Below are positions 12,501 through 29,809 of a stretch of DNA of 64,000 bases, one piece after another. Numbering within the stretch: the first letter of the stretch is position 1; each line of letters opens with the position of its first letter. The notes beneath the pieces were generated by a model. It was given only the letters and a program-made list of their open reading frames with translations. It did no database searches and was not told where the DNA came from. Made by a program: the position numbers and the translations under genes. Location of the stretch: the NCBI GenBank assembly GCA_964057225.1, contig OZ059897.1, positions 17,050,001 through 17,114,000 on the forward strand, in the 5' to 3' direction. This DNA is from Auanema rhodensis. Its lineage: Eukaryota; Animalia; Nematoda.

Positions 12501-15346
12501 ATATGGTGATGATGGCGTCAACAGGAATTTTAAGATAAATAAGAAGAAGAATTAATAGAAGATATGAAAACGTCAGCTCAAAAAATCTTTTTGTATAATC
12601 TAACACATGTCTTTATAGAAAAAGAACAACTAGAGGGAGGATATGAATGGTGAAACTATAATAAAAGATATTTAAATAATCATGAGCCCCATAAATTTGA
12701 GACAAAAATAATTATTAATTTTGTTTTTATTATAATAAAAAAAAATGAATTTTTGTTTTTTAAATAAAATCTTTACATTTGTAAAAATAAAGTTCAAAAA
12801 GTTGTTATAAAAGGAGAGAATGTGATCTTCTTTATCTTTCGATAATTTATTTCTAACGATATCCTTTTAATCAGAAAAATGCAAGGAGGAAAGATAAAAG
12901 AATGATGCCTAAGGATGTTGACCTTGTATCAAGATCACGTATCAGGCTCGACAAAACTACCCTGTCTCTTCTTCTTTTTCTTCTTATTCGTCATCTCTTC
13001 ATTTTTCAATTTTTCATTAATTTCTGCCTGGGCTGCGCCAGATTTACTTTCAAAGACGTAAATAGTGCTGACGGCTGGTTGTATGTCCCGAAAAATATCG
13101 TTGACGTTGTTGGTTGTGAACGACGACATCAGAATGACACAGCTGATTGACTAACTGTATGTCAATGAAATCATGACGTAAAAAGATAATTTCAAACGAT
13201 TTTCAAAAAAATAGAGAAAATAAGAAAAATATCTTCTTATCAATATATTGATATATGCAATCCTTTTTGATATTTAAAAACAACAACAACAGAAAATTGG
13301 ATAGAAGTGCTAACGTTAAAACTTATTCTGATGTGATGATATAATCTTCACGTGAAATTTTAGTTTTTAAGAATTTAATTTGAAATATAGAGAAAAATCT
13401 AACCTCCCAGAGAAAATTACAACAAAGACAATCATTGCAAGAATTGACCCAACAATCAAAGGAGCTGTTTCCATTCCCATTCTTCGGACTTCTACTGAAA
13501 CCATGGAATCCCCAGTTACCTCACACTGAAAAAATAACATAAAATTGTATTTTTACTTCCTAAAACTACTTATAAAACAAATACGTTCTAGAAAATAGTT
13601 TTATGAAACAAGTTTCTTCATATCATATTTTGTACCAAAAAATAAACTAACTGTGTTAATTAATTATTTGTATAGAAAGGAAAAGAAATAGCAAATATCT
13701 ATTCTATTAATTATTTCGTTTTTTTCTATTATTGACTATATCATAATATTATTAATTTACCTTAAGTATATCAAATTGTGGCAACTTGAAAGCTTTACGA
13801 GCTTCGACAAGCCATTTATATATGGCATCAGATGTTTCATATGATGTTACTAGATAGAATGGTAGAATAGCCGTTGTAAAAGCTTTAATCTGTTTCGAAT
13901 TATTGAACAATTCAATACCGTATACGTTATTTCCTGAAAAATCATTTTTATTTTAAAACAACTAAGAAGAACTTTTATTAAACAGAGTTATTCCCTCATA
14001 TTGCAAAACTTGAAAATAAAAATCAAATCTTTATGATTTTCCTAGTTTTTTTATTTCACCTCATTTTAACTAAATCTTTTAATACGGATTAATTCAATGA
14101 GAAAAGAGCGCCAAGGAAATCTTCAATTATCTCATAACCTTCAATGGTTTCTTGGTAAATTCACAATACTTTTACGTATTTTAGAGAAGATGTTCATTTT
14201 AAAAAAAAAATCAAAATATGCTTTCAGAGTAATACTTTAAACAAACCTATAAATGCTTCTGTTCCAAAAATTTCAACTTGAGGATAACTGAATGTACTTG
14301 GATTAGTTTCATCATACAGTTTTAGAAAAGCTAGAAAAGCTGTATTCAATTCACAATAAGGTTCACATAAATCGCGGAAAGTATAATTCTAAAAGAAACA
14401 AATTAGTTCATTTATAATTATTAATTTTACCTTATCCTGGTGAACAACGCTCACATTATTTTGAAGTGTTTTGACAAAAGATATGAGCTTCGATCGGTAT
14501 TTCTCTCGAAGTAAGGAGCCACCATCACGAGCCAAAACCATTATGTAAGATGGATCGAGAGTTCCATTCTGTAAAAATAGAGATGTTATAAAGATTATTA
14601 TATTATTTTTATTTTTATAATCTCATAACAAGACACTCTGATGAAAATAATCAACGATTTTGAAAAAAACCGATAGGTATAAATTAATTGGATAATAAAG
14701 GAAATTAATGGAAAACAAATAGTTCAGAAAGATTGATGTCGGAAATTTTATTAGTATTCGAATTTACTATATCCTTATTGGTTAAAATATTTTTATAACA
14801 TATTACTTCTAAAAAAAAAGTATTTTTTACTTCAGCTGTAGTCCTCCCTTTCTTGTATTGTCATCTTAATGGTTGAAAAAACTTTTTTTTTTGAATAAGA
14901 TTTACAAGAAAAAGAAGTTTTCGAACAAGTAACTACTTCATATCATTTGTCAAAAAATACTTGAAAAAGGTTCAAAATTACAAAATGTTTTCTGAATTAA
15001 AGATTGGAAGGAAAACAAAAACAGAACTTGGTGAGACAATAAATATCAAAAACATTTAGTACAAACCTGATTAAGAAATGCTTTAGAAACTTCATATTCC
15101 TTTCGACTTGGAGAATCCATTGGAGAATATTCGGTTCGAACATTGTTAACCTTAATTATAATTAATAAATTAATATAAAATATAAAATATATTATAACTA
15201 ACTTCCTCAAACCATATCAATCCTACGCTGAAGAATGTTGTAAGACTTAGGGACAGAAATATGACAACACCAGGACGTCGACCAATCAAAGATCCCAACG
15301 GTAAGAATATCCGTTCAAGAAAATTTTCAAAATATCTACACAACAT
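9573..15346 (-). CDS. Patched-related (PTR) sterol-sensing/RND-family membrane protein (multi-exon)
   Basis: N-terminal TM followed by [21 protein letters not shown] motifs [25 protein letters not shown] and [29 protein letters not shown]. Ends with [11 protein letters not shown]. The paralogue number cannot be assigned. Confidence 0.93.
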
Positions 15347-15799
15347 CTTTCTGATTCTGAAAATAGCAAGAATATGAATCAAAATATGTTATATAGTATA
15401 CCTGTCAGGTTATAGTTAACCTTAATTATATTTTAAAACTACTATAATCAGAGAAGTCAAGAACCCCAGCAATGAAAAAAAAAATCTGAAAATTAATAAG
15501 TTATAAGATAACAAAATTAGTTAAACGTAGTTAAACTTTAAAAAAAATACAATTTAAGTAAATGAGTGTTGAAAAACAAGAAATAAAAGCATAATTATTG
15601 AATACAGAGGTTAATATTGGAACTTCAATATCTACAGGACTAAAGAAATGATGAAACTTTACCCTAAATCTAAAAACTTTTCCTATAACTTCAATTATCT
15701 TTTTTTTTCTTTCTCTCACGTCTTACTGAACTGTGGATGTAAGGCGCATGTGCTAACGGTACATGCTTGGAAATAGGCGGAGTCCGAATAAGTTTTGGC

Positions 15800-15960
15800 G
15801 GAAAGAAAGAAAGAAAGAGAGAGGGAGAGAAAGAGGGAGAGAAAGAGAGAGAGAGAAAGAGAGAGGGAGAGAGAGAGGGAGAGAGAGAGGGAGAGAGAGA
15901 GGGAGAGAGAGAGAGGGAGAGAGAGGGAGAGAGAGAGAGAGAGATAGAGAGAGAAATAGA
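15800..15960. repeat. (GA)n/(GAGAGAGAGAGG)n purine microsatellite
   Basis: Directly visible; it explains the low-complexity ORFs at 15691-16060. Confidence 0.9.
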
Positions 15961-18239
15961 CAGCAAAACGAAAATTTCTGCAGAGGGAATAAGGGCAAAA
16001 TGAGAATAAGAGACAAATTTTTTTTCTCATAACCGTCATTTCATTGCAAATCTTTTCCAATCTTCTAGTGTTATTAAAATTTTAAGATCTTTTTTTTTCT
16101 GAATCATCTATAGTTCGCGTGAAATGCATTAAAGTGCACACGTGAAATGATAAGCAGATTCTAATTTGTTACGTGATAATATTTTTACGTGAGAAAAGAT
16201 TACTCTAGATGTAGAGATTGACTTTGACGAAGAAGATATTTTCGATTTAATTCAGAATATGAACGGTTGATATTATTTGTTAATTCTGTAGATCGGAAAA
16301 TGCAGTTGAATCAATCAGTTAAGAAAAAGATTGAACATTTTTTTAGCAAAATGTTGGCACCCTTATCATATAAGGCGTGCAAAATGATTTCAAAGAACTG
16401 GATCTAAGTGGTAGAACGGAAATAAACCTTATTTTCGGGAACAAAAGTTTTTAAAAATAAAAAAAAATGATTACGAGGAAAATAAAAGAATAGGGTGGAG
16501 GGAAAAAAGATATGAAATGAATTATAGAAAATAATAGAATGAGAAGAAAATGTTTGAAAAGTTGAAATATCTCTTATGGAAACGTGAGTAATAAAGTCGC
16601 AGTCTAAAAAAATATTTCACTTTCCTAGAAATGATCTGACTGATGAACAAGATTGAACTTTCAAATGAAATTTAATTTGATATGAATTACAAGGAACTTT
16701 TATATATAAAGAAGTTCAAAATGCTTGTATAAATATATATATATAAGAGTATATTTTAAAAAAAAAATTTAAGTTAAAGTAGCATAAATGCATAAAATGA
16801 TATCCTGTTTCATCAATTTAATAGACATTGTTTAATTGCTAGTTCAATTCAATCGAACATTTTCATGAATAAAAAAAAATAAAGCTTCTTCTTATCATCT
16901 TCCTCATTTAACCAGTTCAATTTTTCTTTTAAAAGAAATTTAAGAAACTGGTGATGTTTGCTGGCAATTTAGAAGAAAAAGTGAGAAGAGATAGAATGAA
17001 ACAAAAAGATAGAGGTAAAATGAAATGACCTGATAGATCAGGCAATCAGAAGGTTTATGGTATAAACTCTTGTAAATTTTAACACCCTAGAACACCTTAA
17101 TTTTTTTCGCAATTTCAACAAGATGAAAAAAAAGGAAATGAACACTTGATGGCAATCTAGGAGGGAAAACGGGAATCAGACTTTTGATCCATCGTCGATG
17201 TCGCTGATAATCGTTCATTCTTTGTGCTCTTTCTCTCATCGAGTTATCCGATATCATGTTTTATTTTTTATTGAAAAAGACAGGATTTTAATTTTGAAAA
17301 CTGGTTCTTTCATATATTCGATGACATCTCAGACTACTTTTTGAACTTATATGTATGTACTTATATAAATAAGTGGAAAAATATTTTCATTTAATAATAT
17401 CCTAATTTAGTTAATAAATTTTGGTCTAAGCATCTTCTCCTCGATACTGTATATATATACATATATGTGTGTGCGTGTAAAAAACAAGAACTACTTCTAA
17501 AAATGATAAAAAAAGAAGGTTAACATGATTAGATGTCACATGTGTTTGACAATTTAATGACGTCATTAGTTCTCTAATATGGCAAATGTACAAATAGAAA
17601 GATCTGGCTTCAGATGCCAACAACATAGAATAGTCTAAGATTTTATAACAAAACTAATAAGAATAATAAGCAAAACAAGCAAATGAAAAAAGAGGAACTG
17701 TCTATTCTCTCGTTATTTTTGCTATACCCTTATACTCTTCAATCTTTTTCAATTTCTCTTTTACATCTCTTCTACATATAGCACTTCTATATGTAGATAG
17801 CTTCCTTCTCTCCTCACTATTTATAGTTCTAGCAATCACATTTTGGATTTCTTTCATATCAACATATATAAGATTTACATTTAGACAAGTTGTAGCAGAA
17901 AAACTTCAATCTTTTCGCTTCATGTCATCATCAACATCAATAATAGCCCTTTGCATAGCTTTTTGGATGGTTTTTTAAAGACTTCTTTCTATCTAATATC
18001 TATTTCGGAAACTTTTGCTTTAACTGACAACAAAATAAACTGTTTGTATAACAACGATTTCTTGAACAAAAAGAAGTTACAATAGTATTTTACACCTTGA
18101 ATATCATATAGTTATTGATGTTGATAACAAATTCAATCTTAGCTTGTTGTCTGTTTATATTTTAAATATTGTTTAAACAGCATAATATAGAATACAAATT
18201 TAATAAAAGAATCTGAAGAAACGAGAATATTCAATCATT

Positions 18240-18900
18240 AGTCATCATCCTTATTGCCAAAAGCAATGCTTTACAGGAATGCGGTAAATGATTTAAACAG
18301 AGAGATCACGTATGCAGAGAAAGACTGATTTTTAGTTTTCATGACATATGGCAGACAAAACATCAACAGATTAGTTCATTTCAGATGAAAAGTCATTAAG
18401 TTGAAGAATTTCTAGGTGAACTACAAAAAAAAAGATTCCGAATCAGTAGAGAGTTTAGAAGTTGCAGGATTCGTATATGTCTTTTACAAGACGAAATAAG
18501 AAAAGAAGCAAACTTGGAAACATATCGTCTCCAACTTTTTTTCTTAATTTGGATCGCCTTACGGACAATAGACGCTACGTCCCATTTCCGAAAACCTAGT
18601 TGACAGTGAATATCTTCTAACTATTCATCTTATTATCACCAACTTTGGCATAGCACGATTGAAAACGCTCGACGATATACTACACATGTACAAAACAAAG
18701 GGTACAAGTAGGAATCTGATTCAAATACTGAAACTTGTTCAGCATGATTATGAGTTTTGCATATTTATTGGATAAGGTTTATGAATACGTTTTGAAGAAT
18801 TAAAAACCTGCTTTTATACATTCAAAGATGAGGATTAAGACATGTATCATTGTACTGTTGAAAATCATATGATGAAAGGTAAGCACATATGAATTACAGA
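18240..18900 (+). mobile_element. Highly decayed non-LTR (RTE-like) retrotransposon relic
   Basis: Locally higher GC with broken peptides EVAGFVYV (cf. V..yvYLG) and RLTDNRR (cf. R..DNRW of the RTE RT C-terminus). No intact ORF. Confidence 0.3.
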
Positions 18901-21570
18901 AAACAAATTTCTTATTATTTCTAAACATCAACTATTTTGTTAAAAAAGAAAGAATTGAAAATAATTGTGTTAAAAATGATATATGCATGCCTAACGTAGG
19001 GAAATGATGACGAAAATGTTGATGACTTCAGTGAATTCTTCAAGTTCTATGGCGGTTAATGTGGTGAGTAAATGTGTTTATTACACAACAAAAAGTGGAA
19101 TTATCTTTCTTCATTCTTCTATTTGACTCTTCGTCTTTCTATATCTGTACTGATAATTCTCTGCCTACTTCTCAATCATTCAGATAGTCTCTATTAATAT
19201 TGCCATCGTCTTCAAACTTTAATTTGTTTTCTCTTTTTCTCTTAATTTTTCCTTCTTTCGTCTGTACATCTACTTTTCATTCGTCCGTTTATCCTCTCTT
19301 CCCTATTTAAGCTTTCCGTAGATTCTCTCATTCTATCTTCTCTCAATCTTCATCTATTTTCCCAAAACCTCCTTTATACACCTTCGATATTGCCCTTGAG
19401 CGATCAGGTTCGTACTAGCTTCCTTCGGCAAAATTGGTGACACATTAAGCTTGAAAATGGATATGTCGAGATTGTGGTTTGACATGATGTCAAAAATTGA
19501 AAGATACATCATAGTAATAAAGGAATTAGTTTAAAATGAAATTATAAAGATGAAAGTAAAGAATATAAGGAAGTAGAACTATCATACTATATTATTAGTA
19601 TCAAATATAAAGAGAAGAAGTGATTTTCCAAAAAAAAAGAAGAAAAAGAATTCAAATAAATTTACTTTCACTGATAAAAATGTTCTATTAAAGTAAAGTT
19701 TGCAATGAAATTTAATCACAAATAAACCTGGAACAGCAATATGTCTTTATAAGTATAACGACTATTTAGAATATTGGAAACTTGAAAAAAAAGTATTTGT
19801 GAAGAAAAAAAAAGGAAAAAGAAGAAAATTCATAAAACTGTATATGTATGGAGAGTTTCCATCAAGTTAAATTTTTTTTATAGGTGATAAAACAAAAATA
19901 AATAAATCTGAAGAAAATGAAGTGTTAGGTAGACGTATATCTTAAAGAAGAAAGCTGGTGACGATAGTCTTTTACCAAATGGAAATACTTCATCTACTTA
20001 GGTCCCACCTCTGTTTCTCGCTTTCTTACATAAATACATTCAGATTAATACAAATATATAGATGGAATGCTTCCATTAGCATTTTAACAGAAACAAGTAA
20101 TAGACCCATAACTATTTGGATTTCAAAGTTGTTCAAATCATTTTATAAAACTAGTTAATAACTATAAAGAATGAAACTTCTAAATCATTCAAAGAAAAAT
20201 TTAAAATCTTAAATATCAAAACAATCAGAGAAAACCAGAAAACCGAGTTATTTTTTATATTCAAAAGTATATTACTATAATAAATTTGAAATAGTCAAAG
20301 TAATTAGACAAGAAAAAGGATATTATACTATTGGTAATATATTGTAAGAAAGCTATTTTAATCTTAAATATATATAGATTATCGTAATATTAAAAGTATT
20401 TCAACTATTTTTTAAAAATTAAATATATTTTTGTCTTTATTATGTGTTTTTAAGATTACTTTTCAAAAACTATTAGTCTCTCTATATGACCTTAATATTA
20501 GTAATTTTTAGAAAAAATAAATTAGACACCATGATTCAGTATAATTCAAGGCAAATTGCTATGAAAAACAAGAAAAGTTTAGAGATTAAAAAATGTTGTA
20601 AAATATACAAAATATAAATTACTCACAACTGATAATATCTTATAAATTAGGAAATTATTGAAAAATAGATAAGAAAAATGAAAAGGACAGTCAGTTTTGG
20701 TGTGAAAAAAATAATTTTCGAAGCATGCTGGAATAAGGCCGAAAGTGAAAAGTGAAAAAGAAAATAGATATCTTAAGATTAGAATCTCAATTCTCTTGAT
20801 TGCTAAAGCGTGAAAAACTTAACACTATATAAAAAAAGTTTTAATGAACAGTATCAGCGAAGATTCAAAATATTTGGAAAAGCTTCGGAAAAGGAAAGTG
20901 CTAAGAATATGAAAAGTCTATGCACTCTAAACATTCTTTCACTATTTCTTTTTTTTGTCTTTTTGATGTAGTCAATCAGTTTGTTAGGCAGTTTGACTAT
21001 ACTGCCTACATACGTCAAGGTCTTTTGCAGAGACTGCCGGTAGTGTGATTGAGAAGCAGAGGAAGGTTACGAGAGAGGGAGAGATAGAGAGAGGGAGAGA
21101 GCGAAGCTGAAAATACCTAGACTAATTTCAAGATGAGGACGGATTTTCAAGGAAGAAGTTCTCTCTATCGCAAATGTAACACCACCTACCACCCTCTTAT
21201 CGACAATGCTTTCTTATTACGATCGAACCCTAAGAACAAGAATTTGTACTTGAAACATCACTTAGTAATATCAGCAAAGCTATGGCCTTTTACAAACATA
21301 AGAAGCATACTAGCCTTACTTCATAGTGATTTTGCCTCGACGTTGGAAATGCTTGTATCCAAAGATGTCGTTTATATTTAAAAAAGAAGATATTGTCACT
21401 CTGAACTTGAATTTGATATTAACTGTAGTCTGATTTCTCATATATTTGCAGACCTGTATTATAGTTATTGATGAATGATAATTATATATTATTTCTTCTT
21501 TAGTCATTTAAAGTATAAAAGTTTAAAAAAGAAAATGACAAGTATTAATGATTATTTTTTCTCGATTATA

Positions 21571-21572
<2 letters not shown>

Positions 21573-21650
<78 letters not shown>
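21573..21650. repeat. (CT)n microsatellite
   Basis: Directly visible. Confidence 0.92.
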
Positions 21651-21659
<9 letters not shown>

Positions 21660-24249
21660 GTTTATTCTTCTTCTTTCCTCATTACAAAGGAAATATAACT
21701 GTGAACACAAATTCTGGGGTATAAGTATATTTTACTTTTTGTCTATTCATCAACTAGCTTTAGTTAGCATTGGCGCCAACCTTGAAATGCACAGATGGGT
21801 AGTCAACCATCTACAAGAAGGACATGCTACTACTACTGCTAAGATCATATATTTCATTATTTTGTAAAATTCAAGATATTAAAGAAGATTATTGGAAGAA
21901 TGTGTATATTATACTCATATTTTAGCTGTTTTACATTCCAAATAACCCATAATATTATTATAGTCTTATATAGAATCCCCTATGTTCTGAAGCAGAACAC
22001 AAAAAAAGAAAGAAAAACGAAAACGAGCCGACAGGTGTACCGATGGGTAGTTGATCTAGTCTAGATTTTCGTATAAGACAATAGAGAACGGCAAAAATAC
22101 TTGCAGATGACGAAAAAGGAAGGAGCAGAATAATCGCGATATGTCCTTGCTTCAAAGTTTTTTTTTCAGAATTATTGCTTTTTCAGGAAAATAATAGTAG
22201 ATGATTTGGGTTAAAAGGGATAGAAAGATAGCCTTATTAGGTTCGTATAGATCATTTAGATAACGTTATATGCTTGATGCTGATGATGTCCAAGAAAAAC
22301 TAACGAAGAAGCTCATCCTAAAGAGAAATTGGGAGAGTTTTAGAATATATAAATTTTATGGAATATACTTCAAAATAATAGGTTGATGTCATGCTGAATA
22401 ATGATGATGTTGTTCTAATTCCTTAAAATGTTTTAGTATTTAATAAAAACCTCGGCAACAGCAGTGAAACATGTAAAAGAAAATGATGAGGAAACTTGTT
22501 TTACTGATGATTAGTTTGTACGAAATAAGTCGAGGAAATAAAAGATGGGATAGAAGATTTTTCTAAACAAATTCACCTATTATAAGCATGAAACACTCAA
22601 TTAATTTTGATTTGATTTCTTTCAGATATATTCCCAAGAACATACAAAAGAAAATATTCGTTTATAAGATTGTATAGATCGATGTAATTCAAAGTAAAGT
22701 TAAGAACATTCTAAATGTGGTCAAGTTCAACGCTCTAATTCCTCTCGAATAATCTTGCCAAAATGTTGAGAATATGAACATTTTTTTAAACTTGCTGGTT
22801 TTGCTAATTTATTTATAAAATGTAGGTTTCTACATAATAATATCTACATATATAGCTGAGATATGTATATATACTATATAATGCATACCATTAACGGTTT
22901 TTTTTTAAAAAGCAGTTTTAGTATAATATAAGTAAAATTTACTATTCTTCTTCTTTCAAAGTTCAATAAATATTATTTATATCAAAATATAACTTGTAAC
23001 TACTTGAACTTTAAAAAATTAAAAATATAAAGAGTATAATTTAAGTGTAATAGGTAGTACTCAGGAAGTAAAATAAAAAGATCTAATTGTGTAAATGAAA
23101 AAAAAAGAAAGAAGAAGAGGAGATGAATTGGATGATTGATATAAACTAAAATTGATATAGTTTAATATAGACAAATTCATAAATTAATGGAAATAAAAAG
23201 AAAAAGAAAAGGGGCGGCAAAAAAACAACATAAGTACAAGCACGATATGGTACATTGACGGTTGTAAAAATGAATTGCAATGGGCACAAAGTAGAAACTC
23301 AACGAAAGTAGACCGATAGTCTATCGTATAATGCTTGATGCTTGCAAAGTAACATTGTTTCTTCGAACAATAAGAAGCAAAAACAAGATGCAGAAGGAAG
23401 AAGAGATTTCTAGAAAATTTATTAAAAAAGAAAAGACATTATCAATGAATCAAAATGAATTTAAAAAATATAAAAGAATATGTTATGTAGAATATCTTGT
23501 ACAGAACATAATCAAAGATAAAGAGAAAGAGAGGGAAATCAAGAAAACAAGAATGAACTTAGCTTTATTCCTATTGCAAGTAAATTATTGTAAAATAAGA
23601 TCGAATAATTTACTTTGGTGTTTTCTAGTTTACCTATTTTGATTTTCTAGTAAGTAAAAATCTAATTTCTACTTTTTCTTTTTCAAACGTCTTTCTTGTA
23701 TTTTGAAAAAAAAGCAACTCGAGATGGACAATATTTGTTGAAGAAAATTCAAATTTTCATGTCATAGTTATTCAACTAGGTAATAGTTCTTATTTAATGG
23801 GCACAGTGACAAGAAGAGTAAAAAGCCCAACAATCCATGCCATTTGAAAACTCAAACAACAGGTCATAACAGCATGAAAGCAAGGGCGCAGCAACAAGAC
23901 AAATGAGGTTGTTATAAAGAAAAAAATTAAAAACATGTGGGCAATACCATATTCAGTTATATGATGGCAGAATATGCCTACATGTCTAGAACAAGTGTAC
24001 GCTACTGATGGTGGTATAAGTGCCGAAAGAGACTGGAAAGAAACGGCGTCGTCATCGAAGGAGGAGGAGGAAAAGGACAAGAAAGAGGTGGAGAAGAGAT
24101 ATGAAAAAGAAGAAGAAAATGAGAAAAAGAAGTGTGAAGCAAGATACGTGCAATAATTCGTGTTCCTCTAGCCAGAGCCACATTTATCTGTAAAGTCGTA
24201 TACTGTTTACATATACATGCGTATGAAATTAAAGGGAGAAATTTCAATC

Positions 24250-24880
24250 AGACATTAGGATATTCGAAGCGTGCACTCTCAGACAACTTTCAAATCTCTT
24301 AGCACTCGTGATTGTATTATCCAATTATATTTTCAATCTTCAAAACGTAGATAAAAGGCTAATGTTTCCTGCAATCCGTTTGTCCCACCTAGATCTTCAA
24401 GTATACTAAGTGTAATTCCATACAAGTCCTAACATAGATCGGATTCAAGATGGTGACAGTAGCAACGGTGAGAAGAATAGAGGCTGTACCGTTCGCTTGG
24501 ATTAGCGAAGTCATCAGAAAAGCTTAAAAGAAAACTGGTAGTACGGCAGTGCAAGAAGACAGAACAACAGAATCATCTATTCAGTCAATTCGATCCTACT
24601 GGACACCTATCCTTCACCTATACAGAAGCAAAAGGATTCCAGAAATGAATAAGAGGAAAGCGAAGAGGAACTGTTCAAGTTGGTACAGGACAACCCTCGA
24701 TGACGTTCAGCGTTAACGTCGACAAAATCACTCGGCATCGTCTGTCTTCTATTTTATTCCACAAACAGAATTCGTCAAATAGAATTCCAACATCGAATTC
24801 CTTATGTCACCCAATCTTTATCAGTCGATGAAGTCAAATCAGTAATAGAGGCAAATGATAAAAACAGAAGAACTTAAAGC
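24250..24880 (+). mobile_element. Possible decayed LINE relic (region just before the RT domain)
   Basis: Higher GC and the fragment IPYVTQSLSVDEVKSVIEA, which resembles the 'ip.it.eEVk.ai' segment preceding LINE RT. Many stops. Confidence 0.25.
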
Positions 24881-25948
24881 AATGAAATGATGGTTTCTTA
24901 AAGTTGAGTGGATTATATAAATGCCAGTTATCTCTAATAAAACAAAAAATAACAATATTATTAAGAAAAATTGCCTATGAGTAAAAAGTAACAAATTATT
25001 TTTGTGAATAACAACAAATTGCATTTTTTTAAAAAGTTAAGTAACAAATGTGAAGACAACCTGATGCGTTCTAATGATCATTTAAACACCTAAATGGAAA
25101 AAATCACGATTAATTGGAAGCAACCGCTCATATGAATAAGTATTTTAAAAATAATAACTTCAAGTAGTGTGCACACACAAATAAATCATGTAATGCACAG
25201 TACTCAATATTAAAAAAAATGTTTATTTGTTGAACAGTATAGAACTAATACAGTGAAATGATCTTAGTATTCTTGCCACCATTCATATAAAAAACATAAA
25301 TGTCATAAATTTACTTCAAGAACAAAATATTACGCGATTTCGTTGTTAAAAATCAGTCTAAACTAGTTTGAGAAGGCTTTTGTAAAATATTTCAGCTTAA
25401 AAAAAGTGTGATCATCATCATCATCATACGATATGTTAGAATACCAGATAGTTAACAAACAACTTGGCATTGTTATATAGTAATTCATATGTTATACATA
25501 TATTTTAATTGACAATTTACTGATTGTATCCTCGTCAGCGTGGATATATTTACGATGGATTAGTGAGGTTAGATAGAAAATAACATTCTCGCTTTTTGTC
25601 CAAGTATCGACAACCTTGATTTTTGTAAACTTTGTATTAGCCAAGAAACTACAGGACATTTTGATTTAACTCTACTGTAATATTGGATACCTACACAAAA
25701 TGTGAAGCCTTCAACAAATCTGGAGTGAATAGCATATATACTCGACACGTACAGTTTTACTTCCAGTCAATTATTAATGACACTTTTGTATTCCTATTTC
25801 TATTGCTAACTTTGAAACCCAGTCAAGTCAGGATCGAACTTGATATTACCAAATATATTATTTTCGTCAAAAAGTGATAAAAAAATTAACTTAACGATAT
25901 TATTAATAAGCAGTATCATACAAAACAAAAATTCAACAACAATCAGTT

Positions 25949-29337
<3,389 letters not shown>

Positions 29338-29809
29338 TTTCTGAATAATAAATTTTAAAGAATATCATATGAATGAAACTATTATAAAACTGAACAGAAC
29401 ACTCTTAAAATTTAAGATTAAAAATGAAAATTAAAAGAATAGAAATACATGATTTTAAAAACAAAATATGAAGCAGAAGAGAAATATAAATTGTTTTTCC
29501 AAAATGTAATCTTATAATTTTGCAATTCATATTTCAATTTATCATAACGTTAGTAGTTTCAAGAGCTATTACCATCTCTTACTTTACTTATACAGAATAC
29601 TGCCTGAAACAGAAAAATTCAAACAATGTTCGTGATAAAGCGATTGCGACCAAAACTCACTGACGAAGAAAGTGCGCATGATATTTTTACATTATCTATA
29701 CCATTTGTATAAATTAAATAGATCAAACTTTTTGCTGAATAATATCAAACCGATAATTGCTGATGGAGAAATTTGAAACATATTTCTATTAATTTCAAAC
29801 TTTACCGCT

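Noticed and set aside
15691-16060. Overlapping LS/ER-repeat ORFs
   Set aside because: Translation artefacts of the GA microsatellite.
20984-20989. TTAGGC as a telomeric repeat or telomerase template
   Set aside because: A single hexamer only; no array or extended template.
21475-21867. 130-aa ORF with an LSLSLS run
   Set aside because: Microsatellite-driven, with no homology motifs or splice context.
23790-24247. Cluster of short ORFs on both strands
   Set aside because: Low-complexity purine-rich sequence with no recognisable domain.
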